Below, one piece after another: positions 35,326-44,931 of a stretch of 63,674 nucleotides of DNA (the first letter of the stretch is position 1; each line of letters starts with the position of its first letter). The position numbers were made by a program, and so were the translations under genes. The notes beneath the pieces are model-generated. The model was not told the origin of the DNA and did no database searches. It was given only the letters and a program-made list of their open reading frames with translations. Origin of the DNA: Elusimicrobiales bacterium (GTDB lineage Bacteria > Elusimicrobiota > Elusimicrobia > Elusimicrobiales > UBA9959); the NCBI GenBank assembly GCA_036171915.1, contig JAVHRY010000008.1, positions 1 through 63,674 on the forward strand, read 5' to 3'.

Positions 35326-35476
35326 CAGTCTGCTGAAAAAGCCCTTTTCGGTTGCTTTCGGCCTGCGGCTTCGTTGCTCGTCGTTTACAGGCCCAACGGG
35401 CCTGCCCGCTTCTCGCGCCTTGCCTGGGCTTGAAATCGCCTCAAAATATTACCGAGGGGGCTTTTTCAGCAGACTG
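35326..35476. repeat. 151-bp element bounded by perfect 19-bp terminal inverted repeats (MITE-like or structured RNA)
   Basis: CAGTCTGCTGAAAAAGCCC (35326-35344) is the exact reverse complement of GGGCTTTTTCAGCAGACTG (35458-35476). TTAG is present on both outer flanks (35322-35325 and 35477-35480). Confidence 0.6.
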
Positions 35477-35808
35477 TTAGTGCGTCCATATAGATTCACC
35501 GGGCGAAGCGGCACAGCCTCCACTATGGGAATCTTTGCCGGTATGCCGTATACGGCTGCGCTGGAAGAAAAAACCAGGGTCTTTACTGCTGCCCCGCGCA
35601 TAGCATTGAGAAGATTAAGGGTATGTACAACATTATTGCGGTAATACTTGGCCGGATCCGCAACAGATCCGCCTACCGCGGTATATGCTGCAAAATTATC
35701 GAACACAATAGTTTTCAGGCCGCTTTCAGAAAGCAGTTTATTGGTTTGGGAGCCAATGTAGCCAGCCCCCCCGACGATGAGAAGATACTGTTTTAGCCAA
35801 TAGCGCAA
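35449..35808 (-). pseudogene. Decayed UDP-glucose 4-epimerase (galE) remnant
   Basis: It has a TTG-only start. LLIVGGAGYIGS...VFDNF jumps directly to AAYTAVGGSVADPAKYYRNNVVHTLNLLNAM...VFSSSAAVYG...NLYGRT and then ends. Relative to E. coli GalE it lacks ~45 internal aa and the whole C-terminal half. The frame terminates inside the right TIR of the adjacent element, and the segment is visibly lower in GC. Confidence 0.7.
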
Positions 35809-35813
35809 AAACC

Positions 35814-36743
35814 TTAAAAGTTTATGCGTTCTTTCTCTATTACCAGCGGGCGTTTGAGGGTCTGGGTGTAGATGGCGCCGATATATTCGCCTATGACGCC
35901 CAGGAAGATAAGCTGCACCGAGGAAAAGAAGAACAGGCCGATCACCACGGGCGCTATTCCCAGTGAAAAATTATTCCAGAAGACTAGTTTGTAGATAAAA
36001 TATCCTGCCGCCACCGCCAGGTTGACAGTGGCCAGCAGGGCGCCGGAAAAAATAGCCAGGCGCAGCGGCACCTTGGAATGGTTAATTATCCCCAGCATGC
36101 CCACATCGTAGAGCCGGTAAAAATTAGCCGTGGTCAGGCCGCGTTGGCGCGCCGGCTGGAAATATTCCACCTGGGCGGCCTCGAAGCCCAGTTCCGAGAC
36201 AAGGCCTCGGAAAAACGGGTAGGGCTCATCAAGCTTGCGCAGCTGGTCCATTACTTCGCGGTCATAAAGGCCGAACCCCGTGCTGTTCTTGATTATATTA
36301 ACGTCGGCCAGCCCATCCACCAGGTGGTAGTAAAGTCTGCGCAGCGCGAACATGGAGGCGGACTCGCCGCTGTTGGTTTTTATGCCCAGCACCACTTTAC
36401 TCCCTTCCTCCCAGCGGCGCAGGAAGTCGGCTATAAGTTCGGGGGGGTCCTGCAGGTCGGCCACCAGCAGGATGACGGCGTCCCCGCAAGCCTGGGTCAT
36501 GCCGTAAAAAGGCGAACGGATCCAGCCGAAGTTGCGGGTGTTTATTATTACCTTAACGCCGGCGTCGGCGGCGGCCAGCCGCCTGAGCACGCCCTGGGTG
36601 CCGTCGGTGGAGGCGTTGTCGATAAACAAATGTTCATAATCGTAAGAGCCCAGCTGCCTGAAGACCTCCTTTACCTTTAGATAAAGGGCTTCCACGTTGG
36701 CCTCTTCGTTATAGCAGGGCGTAACAATGCTTATTTTTTTCAT
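35814..36743 (-). CDS. GT2 polyprenyl-phosphate glycosyltransferase (GtrB/ArnC-like, two C-terminal TM helices)
   Basis: 309 aa with ISIVTPCYNEEANV, FIDNASTDGT and LLVADLQDPPE, plus two C-terminal hydrophobic helices. Confidence 0.8.
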   Translation of the reverse strand: MKKISIVTPCYNEEANVEALYLKVKEVFRQLGSYDYEHLFIDNASTDGTQGVLRRLAAADAGVKVIINTRNFGWIRSPFYGMTQACGDAVILLVADLQDPPELIADFLRRWEEGSKVVLGIKTNSGESASMFALRRLYYHLVDGLADVNIIKNSTGFGLYDREVMDQLRKLDEPYPFFRGLVSELGFEAAQVEYFQPARQRGLTTANFYRLYDVGMLGIINHSKVPLRLAIFSGALLATVNLAVAAGYFIYKLVFWNNFSLGIAPVVIGLFFFSSVQLIFLGVIGEYIGAIYTQTLKRPLVIEKERINF

Positions 36744-36778
36744 ACGGGCGTCCTTTGCCGCTGCAGCCGCGCTAAAAG

Positions 36779-37834
36779 CTAAACCTTAAAACTTAATACC
36801 GTCCGCGTAAAACCTTCCTTTATCCCCACCACGGGGTTCCAGCCCAAGGCCCTTGCCCGGGAAGAATCCAGGCAAATGCGTTTGATGGGGCTCTGAATGT
36901 ATGCCAGCCGGCTTTTTGCTTTTACGAACTTTACCGCTATTTTCTTATCCGGGAACAGGTTTACAAGCGTGTCAGCCAGCCCCGCTATGCTTACGCAGGC
37001 CCTGTCGTTACAGACGTTATAGGCTTTCCCTTTCTCCCCTTTCAACATTACAAGGAACAGCCCCAGCACCGCGTCGGCGACGTAGCAGAAAGACCGCTCG
37101 GCCGCGCCGTCGCTGGTCAGTTCTATGTCGTGCCCGGTAACCACGTCCCGGACAAAATCGGCAAAGACGCGCCCGTCGTTAAAATCAAGGCCGGGGCCGT
37201 AAGTGTGGGCCAGCCTGGCTATAGCTGCCGGCACGCCGTATTGGTGATGCCAGGCCACGCACATAGTTTCACCGGCGCGTTTGCCTTCGGCGTAGCAGGA
37301 GCGCACGTCTACCGTATCCAGCCAGCCGTAATCGTTTTCTTTGGTGGGAACTTTCTCAGCCGGGACAATGCCGTAGACCTCGCCGCCGCTTACGAACAGG
37401 AAACCTTTGCATTTGCCGGCCCTGGCAAGTTCCAGCAGGTTGAAAGTGCCCACGACATTGGGCGAGATAGTGCCCGCCGGGTCGGTGCCGTAATACTTGG
37501 GGCTGGCCTGGCTTGCGGCATGGATAATATAGTCCACGGGCGCGGTTATCTTTAACGGGGCCGTAACATCCTGCACCACCAGCTCAAAGTCCGCCCTTTC
37601 CAGGAATTCAGAGAATTTGACCCCGGCTTTTTCCCGGTTTCTTACCAGCGCTATAACACGGCACTCACGCCCTTTAAGCCGGGTTTCGTTCAGCGCCAGC
37701 AGCGTGGTTGTAAGGTAGTACGGTATCATGCCGCCGGCCCCGGTTACCAGCACGGTGGCGCCGGCGAACGCCTGCCACAAGTCCCCGCCGGCCTCCATTA
37801 TCTTTTCTATATCTTCTTTAACGATGTGGTTCAT
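36779..37834 (-). CDS. NAD-dependent epimerase/dehydratase/reductase (extended SDR)
   Basis: 351 aa with VLVTGAGGMIPYYL, IIHAASQASP and YAEGKRAGE (YxxxK). Confidence 0.75.
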   Translation of the reverse strand: MNHIVKEDIEKIMEAGGDLWQAFAGATVLVTGAGGMIPYYLTTTLLALNETRLKGRECRVIALVRNREKAGVKFSEFLERADFELVVQDVTAPLKITAPVDYIIHAASQASPKYYGTDPAGTISPNVVGTFNLLELARAGKCKGFLFVSGGEVYGIVPAEKVPTKENDYGWLDTVDVRSCYAEGKRAGETMCVAWHHQYGVPAAIARLAHTYGPGLDFNDGRVFADFVRDVVTGHDIELTSDGAAERSFCYVADAVLGLFLVMLKGEKGKAYNVCNDRACVSIAGLADTLVNLFPDKKIAVKFVKAKSRLAYIQSPIKRICLDSSRARALGWNPVVGIKEGFTRTVLSFKV

Positions 37835-37837
37835 TAT

Positions 37838-38809
37838 TTACTTCTTTAGGTACCCGGCTATTTCCGCTTTGCGGCTTCCGTGCACGAAAAAGAAATTGGT
37901 GCACATAACGGTATCGTCCATTATTTTCATGGGCAGCAGTTTATCCTTCTCAATGGCGTAGCAGGCGTAGCCGAGCGGCGCCAGCAGGGCGATAATATCG
38001 TTAGGATGATAATTGAATTTTGCCGCCCACTTGCGGAGCATTTCCACGAACAGGATGGGCCGGTATTTTTTTATGGTTTCAAGGCCGCCTTTTATAACCA
38101 GCAGCTCCGCGCCTTCCACGTCGCACTTTATAAAATCGAGGCCCCGCACGCCGTTTTCGCGCACAAAGTCGTCCAGCCTTTCGCTTTTAACCGAAACCGC
38201 GACGGCGTCTTCGGTCTCCCGGATATTGCGCATGGAGGTGGCGCCCAGTTCTTTTTTGTTCAGGTAAAAAGTGTTGACAGCTTTTTTATCGCTCAGCGCG
38301 ATCTTGTGCAGGGAAATATTATCAAAGCCGTTCAGCGCCAGGTTCTGTTCCAGAATTGCCGCGGTGTACGGGATGGGTTCGAACACGTGTATCTTGCCGC
38401 CGGGGATCTTGCGGGCGATATTCATTGCTATCCAGCCCGTGTTGCCGCCAATGTCGAAAACGGTGTCCCCGGCGCGCACCAGGCCGAGTATCAGCTCCAT
38501 TTCTTCCGGCTCATAGTCGCCCACGGCCAGCATACGGAGCGGGATGTTGGAGACGTCTTCAAAGACCAGGACGTGCTTTACCCCGAATCTTTTGCCCACG
38601 CCGCAGACGCCGGCCCCGGTAATGCGCAGCTCCGCCAGTTCGGTCCCTTTTATCAGCTCCGAGTACTGCCGGAGCACGCCGTTTTTGGCCAGCATGGTTT
38701 GGAAGTATTCGTGTTTAGGCAGCTTGCCTTCAAGGTAGGCTTTTTTAAGTTCCACTACGGTCAGGTCTTTTGATTCCATAATATTTATCCGTTCACGGCT
38801 TTGTGCCAC
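37838..38809 (-). CDS. FkbM-family SAM-dependent methyltransferase
   Basis: 323 aa with VFDIGGNTGWIAMNIA, VFEPIP, IALSD and IKCDVEGAE. Confidence 0.8.
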   Translation of the reverse strand: MAQSRERINIMESKDLTVVELKKAYLEGKLPKHEYFQTMLAKNGVLRQYSELIKGTELAELRITGAGVCGVGKRFGVKHVLVFEDVSNIPLRMLAVGDYEPEEMELILGLVRAGDTVFDIGGNTGWIAMNIARKIPGGKIHVFEPIPYTAAILEQNLALNGFDNISLHKIALSDKKAVNTFYLNKKELGATSMRNIRETEDAVAVSVKSERLDDFVRENGVRGLDFIKCDVEGAELLVIKGGLETIKKYRPILFVEMLRKWAAKFNYHPNDIIALLAPLGYACYAIEKDKLLPMKIMDDTVMCTNFFFVHGSRKAEIAGYLKK

Positions 38810-39843
38810 AAGAGCGTTTTTTTTATAGCCTCGTCTATGCCAACCTTTATTTTAAGGCCTAGCTCGCTTTGGGACGCTTTCACATCCGGGACGAACCGGG
38901 AGCGGTGCTGCTGCTTATGATCCTTTGAGGCCAGCACAATTTCCGGCTGCGGGGTAAAGTTGGCTGCTATTTTATCGGCAAGCTCTTTCAGCGTTACGCC
39001 GCAAGGGCTGCCCACATTATAAATGCGCCCCGATTCCCCCGCCGCCAGTATCCGCAGCAGCCAGAAGGCCAGGTCGCTGGGGTACATATAACTGCGGACG
39101 GTCTTTTCATCGCCCAGTATGTTTATGGGGCCGCCTCTTAGGGCGTCGTTGATGAAATTATTAACGGCCCAGGGTTTATCCAGCAGTTGGTAGGGGCCGA
39201 TAAAGGCGAAGGGCCGGGCCGTAACCACCGGCATCTTGAACTGGTTGCGGTGCGCGGCGCACAGCGTTTCAGAAAAGCGTTTGGCCTCAGCGTAAACGGA
39301 CATTATGGACGAGCAGTCCGGACCGCCGGAATAGCTTTCCGGCATAGCCTCGAGAGCAAGCGGCTGGGGCCCGTAAACAAGGCCGGAACTGATATTCAGT
39401 AATTTCTTCAGCCCGCTTATGCGCGAGGCCGCGGCCAGCACGGACTCGGTGCCCTTTGAAACCACGTCCATAACGCGCAAAGGGTCGGAAGAATGCAGCC
39501 GGTTGTCCGGGTTTGCCGCGGCGTGGATAACGTGGGTAACGTCTTCGTCTATCTCCAGTATATTCCGCACGTCCTTATCAATCAAAAAAACGTCCCCGCG
39601 CCCGGCCAGGTGCGGCGCCCCTGCTTTAAACTGCGAGGCGTGCCTGGCTAAGAGCTGCATCTTGATCTGGTACCCGTACTGGTCGTTAAGGAAAGCCAGC
39701 GTCTCAACCAGCCAGCTGCCGACAAAGCCGGTACCGCCGGTGATCAGGATCTTGCCGCCTTTCAGCGGGGAAAGCAGGTTATTATCGTCCTTAAGGACTT
39801 CTTCCACGTCGTTTTTTATCTTGCTTATGGCTGTGGGGTTCAT
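38785..39843 (-). CDS. NAD-dependent epimerase/dehydratase/reductase (extended SDR)
   Basis: 352 aa with ILITGGTGFVGSWL, VIHAAANPD and YAEAKRFSE (YxxxK). Confidence 0.75.
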   Translation of the reverse strand: MNPTAISKIKNDVEEVLKDDNNLLSPLKGGKILITGGTGFVGSWLVETLAFLNDQYGYQIKMQLLARHASQFKAGAPHLAGRGDVFLIDKDVRNILEIDEDVTHVIHAAANPDNRLHSSDPLRVMDVVSKGTESVLAAASRISGLKKLLNISSGLVYGPQPLALEAMPESYSGGPDCSSIMSVYAEAKRFSETLCAAHRNQFKMPVVTARPFAFIGPYQLLDKPWAVNNFINDALRGGPINILGDEKTVRSYMYPSDLAFWLLRILAAGESGRIYNVGSPCGVTLKELADKIAANFTPQPEIVLASKDHKQQHRSRFVPDVKASQSELGLKIKVGIDEAIKKTLLWHKAVNG

Positions 39844-40853
39844 TTGGGTTCCTTCTTACCGGAAAGCTGTATGGCCACTTCCACTATCAGGTCTTCCTGG
39901 CCGGCTACTACCCGCCTTTTGCCCAGCTCGAAAAATATATCCCTGGGGTCCACGCCGTATTCCCTGGCCACCCGCTCCACGTGTTTGGCGAAACCGGAGA
40001 ACACCCCGGCCAGGCCGCTCACGATACTGACGGGCTTGGGGAACGGCAGCACCTTCATCAGCTCTTTTTCGGCGATGTCGCTGGCGTCCAGGATATGGTA
40101 CAGGTCCACGCCGGTGGAATAGCCCATCTTTTCGAAAACGCCTATAAGCAGTTCTATGGGCGTATTGCCGGCCCCCGCGCCGAAGCCGCGGGCGGAGCCG
40201 TCTATAATTGCGGCGCCGGCTTCGGCCGCGGCCACCGAATTAGCTACGGCAAGCCCCAGGTTGTTGTGCGCGTGAAAACCGACGGGGATATTAAGCGCCT
40301 TTACCAGCGCGCCCACTTTGTCGGTTACGTCCTGCTGCAGGTAAGCGCCGGCGGAATCCATAAGGATAACGCCCTGGGCTCCATACACCTCCATTTTAAG
40401 GGCTTCCTCGACCAGGGTTTCCTTGGGCACCATGTGCGACATCATCAGCACGCCGTATACATCTTTGCCTCTTGAGCGGGCATAGGAGATATGCCGCTCG
40501 GTAAGGTCAGCCTCGGTACAGTGGGAAGCCACGCGCACAACGTCCGCCCCGGCGTCGATGGCGGGCTTAAGGTCTTTGTTTATGGTGGCGAAACCGGGAA
40601 TAATAAAGACGCCAAGCTTTGATCTATGAATGCTCTCCCGGGCCACCTTAAGCATTTCCATGTCCGGCAGCAGGCTTTCCCCCACCTGCAGGGAAGAAGC
40701 GCCCAGGCCGTTGCCATGGCCGACTTCAATTACGGGGACGCCGGCCTTGTCGGCCGCGGCGGCGTACGCGCGCACCTGCGCGGCGCTAAGCTGGTGGGCT
40801 ACGGCGTGCGAGCCGTCCCTTAAAGTTACGTCGTGGATAATTAGTTTATGCAT
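39840..40853 (-). CDS. 4-hydroxy-2-oxovalerate aldolase-like (DmpG/MhpE/BphI family, DRE-TIM)
   Basis: 337 aa with IIHDVTLRDGSHA, GFHAHNNLGLAVANS and a C-terminal DmpG communication-domain-like segment. Confidence 0.85.
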   Translation of the reverse strand: MHKLIIHDVTLRDGSHAVAHQLSAAQVRAYAAAADKAGVPVIEVGHGNGLGASSLQVGESLLPDMEMLKVARESIHRSKLGVFIIPGFATINKDLKPAIDAGADVVRVASHCTEADLTERHISYARSRGKDVYGVLMMSHMVPKETLVEEALKMEVYGAQGVILMDSAGAYLQQDVTDKVGALVKALNIPVGFHAHNNLGLAVANSVAAAEAGAAIIDGSARGFGAGAGNTPIELLIGVFEKMGYSTGVDLYHILDASDIAEKELMKVLPFPKPVSIVSGLAGVFSGFAKHVERVAREYGVDPRDIFFELGKRRVVAGQEDLIVEVAIQLSGKKEPK

Positions 40854-40859
40854 GCTTCC

Positions 40860-41750
40860 TCAGATTACCCCGTTGAGCTTCTTCGCGTATTGCTCGGCCA
40901 TGGCTATGGCGGCGCAGTTTATGATGTCGAGGTTGCCGGCATAGCTGGGGAGATAATCCCCCAGCCCCTGCACCCGCACCATCATCAGTATCGTATTGTT
41001 CTCCAGGGTAGGTTCGACCACAAGCTTATAACCGGGAACGTAAGCGTGTATTACAGCGACTATTTCCTTTATCCTTTCAACAAGTTCCGGCATATCGGGA
41101 TTTAAAACCCTGGCGCGCACGGTGGTCTGCATATTTATGCAGGGCTGGGCGGGGTTCAGCACCAGCACGGCCTTGGTCCGTTTGGCGCCGGAAAATTTCT
41201 TAAGGCCGCGCTCCGTAGTCTCCACGTATTCGTCCAGGTTGGCCCTGGTAGCTGGCCCGGCGCTGCGCGAAGAAATGGTGGAGACGGCCTCTATGTACTC
41301 CACGTCCTTATGAACCTGCCCCAGCACATAGGCGAGCGGGATTGAGGCCTGCCCGCCGCAGGTGATCATGTTAACGTTCTTAAGGTTAAGACAGTCCTTA
41401 AGGTTTACTCCGGGCACGCACATGCCGCCCACCTGGGCCGGGGTAAGGTCTATGGCTATTTTTCCCAGCTTTGCCAGGATGGGCGCGTGTATTTTATGGC
41501 TGCCGGCGGAGGTGGCGTCAAAGACCAGGTCGCAGCAGGAGGGGTCCTGAACTATGGCGTCTATGCTCCGGTCGGAGATCTTAACGCCCAGGCTTAAGGC
41601 CTTGGCCATGCCTTTGGACTGCAGGTTCCTGCCGATAAAAAGCGAACACTCCAGCCAGGGAGAGCGCATTATCTTGACCATCAGGTCGGTGCCGATAAGC
41701 CCGCTGCCCAGTATGGCCGTCTTTATTTTCTTCCGGTTTTCATCTTTCAT
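40860..41750 (-). CDS. Acetaldehyde dehydrogenase (acetylating), DmpF/MhpF-like
   Basis: 296 aa with AILGSGLIGTDLMVK and the catalytic-Cys motif NMITCGGQASIP. Confidence 0.85.
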   Translation of the reverse strand: MKDENRKKIKTAILGSGLIGTDLMVKIMRSPWLECSLFIGRNLQSKGMAKALSLGVKISDRSIDAIVQDPSCCDLVFDATSAGSHKIHAPILAKLGKIAIDLTPAQVGGMCVPGVNLKDCLNLKNVNMITCGGQASIPLAYVLGQVHKDVEYIEAVSTISSRSAGPATRANLDEYVETTERGLKKFSGAKRTKAVLVLNPAQPCINMQTTVRARVLNPDMPELVERIKEIVAVIHAYVPGYKLVVEPTLENNTILMMVRVQGLGDYLPSYAGNLDIINCAAIAMAEQYAKKLNGVI

Positions 41751-43588
41751 TTTTTTCCAGCCCCGGCGCTTTCACCGGCCGCGCACTCGGCCAGGTACTC
41801 TTCCCTCGGGAGGAACGGGAACATGTCGTCGTAAGACATGGAGGCCATTTTACCGTTCTCCAGCTTCTTTGAGGCCACGCGCGGTATCAGCAGCTGCAGC
41901 GGCGGGTTAATGACCTCGCAGATAACCGGGCCGCGCATGGCGCGCAGTTGTTTCAGCTTCGCGGCAAGTTCCGTTCCTTTGGCTATCCGCAGGTACCGGA
42001 TACCATAAGCCCCGGCTATCTTTTTAAGGTCCGGGAAGCTTACGCCCGTGGCGGCGCTTTCCCCCATCAGCCGGCCGCCGCAGAAATTTTTCTGCGTGTG
42101 GCGGATAAGCAGGTAGCCGGAATTATTGGAAATTATGAACTTTACCGGCAGCTTGTTGTGCACCACGGTCTGGAATTCCTGCAGGTTCATCTGCAGGGAG
42201 CCGTCGCCGGTAATGCAGTAGACGTCCCGGCCTTTTGCCGCGGCCGCCACGCCGGTGGAGGCGGGGCTGTAGCCCATGGTGGACAGGCCGCCGGTGATGA
42301 TATGACGCTGCCCGAATTTAACCTTGAAAGCCTGGGCGTGCACGTGGAAGCAGGACCCAGTATCCACCAGGAAGATGTCTTTGTTTGACGCCGTGTCCGA
42401 GAGTACCCGGGTGAAGTGGTAGGAGTTGATGCCGTTTTTTTCTTTTGCATATTCCGGCAGATCTACCGGGTATTTGTCCTTCCAGCCCCGGGTAACCTTA
42501 AGCCACTCGGTGTTCTCGGGCATTTTAGACGGCAGCCGCTTTATGAGCTCCCGCAGAAATTGCGCGGCGTCGGCCATTATGGGGATATCCGGCTCCACGG
42601 AAGGCTTTGTAAGTTCGGTCTCGTCTATATCCACCATTATCTTAACGGCTTTAGGAGCGAAACCCTGGTAATCGTAACCCACCAGGCCTACGCCCAGCCG
42701 GCAGCCTATGGTTAAGAGCAGGTCGCAGTGCTGGGTGACGAAGTTGGCGGGTCTGTCACCGTAAGTGCCCGGGTGCCCGACGAACAAAGGGTGGTCGAAA
42801 CCTATAAGGTCCAGGCCCAGGCGGGAAGTTAGAACCGGGATGCCTGCCTTTTCGGCGAACCTATGCAGCAGGCTTACGGCCCCCGAAAGGCGGACGCCCG
42901 CGCCGGCGAGTATGCAGGGGCGCCGGCTTTTCAGCAGGGCGGCAATTACGGCCCTCATCTGGCTCTCCGCTATATAGGGCTCCCCCACTTCCGAGGCGTA
43001 AGGAGAAAAGCCTTTGTATTCGGCGGGATCGAACTTCATGTCCTGCACATCGATGGGGCATTCAAGGTAGACCGGCCCCACGCGGCCGGACTTCGCCATG
43101 TATACGCACTTTTCCACTTCGTAGCGGACTTTGGCGATATCGTCCAGCATAACGGCGTACTTGGTGAAATGCTTGAAGATAGGCAGGGTGTCAAAGCCCT
43201 GCAAAGGGAACTGGCGTACCCCTTTCACTTTAGCCAGGGCGGCCTTGGACTGCCCGCCGACTATGATACACGGCGAAGAATCCACGTAAGCGCCCACCGC
43301 CCCGGTAATGGTATTCAGGACGCCGGGACCGGCGGTAACGTAAGCCACCCCCAGTTTGCCCGTATAACGGCCATAAGCCTCGGCGGCCATGGTGGCGGCC
43401 TGCTCGTGATGGCAGCAGATATATTTTATTTTTTTATTACGGAACAAGGCGTCCGTAAGGTGCATTATCATGCCGCCGGTAATGACAAAAACGTGCCCGC
43501 AGCCGGCCTCGTACATCTGTTGGGTTATATAATCGGCTACGGATATTGTCATATTATGCCTCTTAACCGCCTGTCGTTCAGTTTCCAC
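41747..43588 (-). CDS. Thiamine-diphosphate-dependent enzyme, acetolactate-synthase-large-subunit/YerE-like
   Basis: 613 aa. The N-terminal Pyr domain (ITGGMIMHLTDAL, HEQAATMAAEAY) and the C-terminal ThDP motif GDGSLQMN...ISNN are present. Confidence 0.85.
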   Translation of the reverse strand: METERQAVKRHNMTISVADYITQQMYEAGCGHVFVITGGMIMHLTDALFRNKKIKYICCHHEQAATMAAEAYGRYTGKLGVAYVTAGPGVLNTITGAVGAYVDSSPCIIVGGQSKAALAKVKGVRQFPLQGFDTLPIFKHFTKYAVMLDDIAKVRYEVEKCVYMAKSGRVGPVYLECPIDVQDMKFDPAEYKGFSPYASEVGEPYIAESQMRAVIAALLKSRRPCILAGAGVRLSGAVSLLHRFAEKAGIPVLTSRLGLDLIGFDHPLFVGHPGTYGDRPANFVTQHCDLLLTIGCRLGVGLVGYDYQGFAPKAVKIMVDIDETELTKPSVEPDIPIMADAAQFLRELIKRLPSKMPENTEWLKVTRGWKDKYPVDLPEYAKEKNGINSYHFTRVLSDTASNKDIFLVDTGSCFHVHAQAFKVKFGQRHIITGGLSTMGYSPASTGVAAAAKGRDVYCITGDGSLQMNLQEFQTVVHNKLPVKFIISNNSGYLLIRHTQKNFCGGRLMGESAATGVSFPDLKKIAGAYGIRYLRIAKGTELAAKLKQLRAMRGPVICEVINPPLQLLIPRVASKKLENGKMASMSYDDMFPFLPREEYLAECAAGESAGAGKK

Positions 43589-44906
43589 AAAAAACCGCGA
43601 AGGTCTTCGCTATATACTTCAGCATTTTCCCGGTCAGGCCGGGGTAAACGCCTATCCAGAAAGTCCGGTCAAGGATGGTGTCCGTATTCTCAAGTTTCCC
43701 GGCGACGCGATAGCCTTTCCCGGTTTTACGCATTTCGTCGAAGCAGGGGTGTTTTATCAGGTTGCCGGCGAACAGCATGCGGGTCTGGATCTTGTTCTTT
43801 TCCAGGTGGGCCACAAGTTGGCCGCGCGTGAAACCGGCGTCCTCTTTTACGGTGATCAGGAAGCCGAACCAGCTGGGCTCCGCGCCGGGAGTGGGCGCGG
43901 GCAGGATAAGCTGTTTAGCGTATGGCTGCAGGGCTTGGCGCAGGTAGGCCCAGTTCTTCCTGCGGGCCTCCACAAAGGCCGGGAACTTCTTAAGCTGGGC
44001 CAGGCCCACGGCGGCCTGCATTTCGGTGGCCTTAAGGTTGTAGCCGAAGTGGGAATAGACGTATTTGTGGTCGTAGCCAGGCGGCAGCGCGCCGTACTGG
44101 CGGATAAACCGGTTATGGCAGGTATTGTCCGTGCCGGAAGCGCACCAGCAGTCCCGGCCCCAGTCGCGGAAAGATTCTATAAGGCGTTTCAGCAGCGGGT
44201 CGTTAGTGTAAACGGCGCCGCCCTCGCCCATGGTCATGTGGTGCGGCGGGTAGAAGCTGGAAGTGCCGATGTCGCCATAGCTGCCGGTGAACTTGCCGGC
44301 ATAGCGGGAGCCGAGCGCGTCGCAGTTGTCCTCAACAAGCCAAAGGTCGTGCTTAACGCAGAAGGCTTTTACGGCTTTTATATTGAAAGGATTCCCCAGT
44401 GTGTGGGCCAGCATTACGGCTTTTGTCTTGTTAGAAAGGGCCTTTTCAAGCATGGCGCAGTTGATGTTATAGGAAGGCAGTTCCACATCCACGAACACCG
44501 GCACCGCGCCATACTGTATGATGGGCGTGACGGTAGTGGGGAAGCCCGCGGCCACGGTTATAACCTCGTCGCCGGGCTTTATCCGCCGCTTGCCCAGCTT
44601 GGGCGAGGTGAGGGCCATAAAAGCCACAAGGTTAGCGGAGGAACCGGAATTCACAAGTGAGACATACTTTACGCCGAGATAGGCCCCGAACTGTTTCTCG
44701 AATTCAGCGCAATAGCGCCCAGACGTAAGCCAGAAGTCCAGCGCGGAATCGGTAAGGTTTATCATCTCCTTATCGTCGTAAACGCGCCCGCCGTAATTAA
44801 TAAAGGTTTCCCCGGGCCTGAAAGCCGGCTTCCGGTGGAACTTCTTATAGTAAGCGGTTACCTTCTTGAAGATTTCGCGGCGGGCTTTAAGTTCTGGTTC
44901 GGTCAT
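43578..44906 (-). CDS. rfbH: CDP-6-deoxy-4-keto-hexose 3-dehydrase (E1; RfbH/DdhC/AscC)
   Basis: 442 aa, DegT-fold. SFYPPHHMTMGEGG has His in place of the Schiff-base Lys. The CxCx7C motif DCWCASGTDNTC is the E1-type 2Fe-2S site. Confidence 0.88.
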   Translation of the reverse strand: MTEPELKARREIFKKVTAYYKKFHRKPAFRPGETFINYGGRVYDDKEMINLTDSALDFWLTSGRYCAEFEKQFGAYLGVKYVSLVNSGSSANLVAFMALTSPKLGKRRIKPGDEVITVAAGFPTTVTPIIQYGAVPVFVDVELPSYNINCAMLEKALSNKTKAVMLAHTLGNPFNIKAVKAFCVKHDLWLVEDNCDALGSRYAGKFTGSYGDIGTSSFYPPHHMTMGEGGAVYTNDPLLKRLIESFRDWGRDCWCASGTDNTCHNRFIRQYGALPPGYDHKYVYSHFGYNLKATEMQAAVGLAQLKKFPAFVEARRKNWAYLRQALQPYAKQLILPAPTPGAEPSWFGFLITVKEDAGFTRGQLVAHLEKNKIQTRMLFAGNLIKHPCFDEMRKTGKGYRVAGKLENTDTILDRTFWIGVYPGLTGKMLKYIAKTFAVFCGN

Positions 44907-44931
44907 ATTTAAATAAGGTTGAGGCTCCAGG

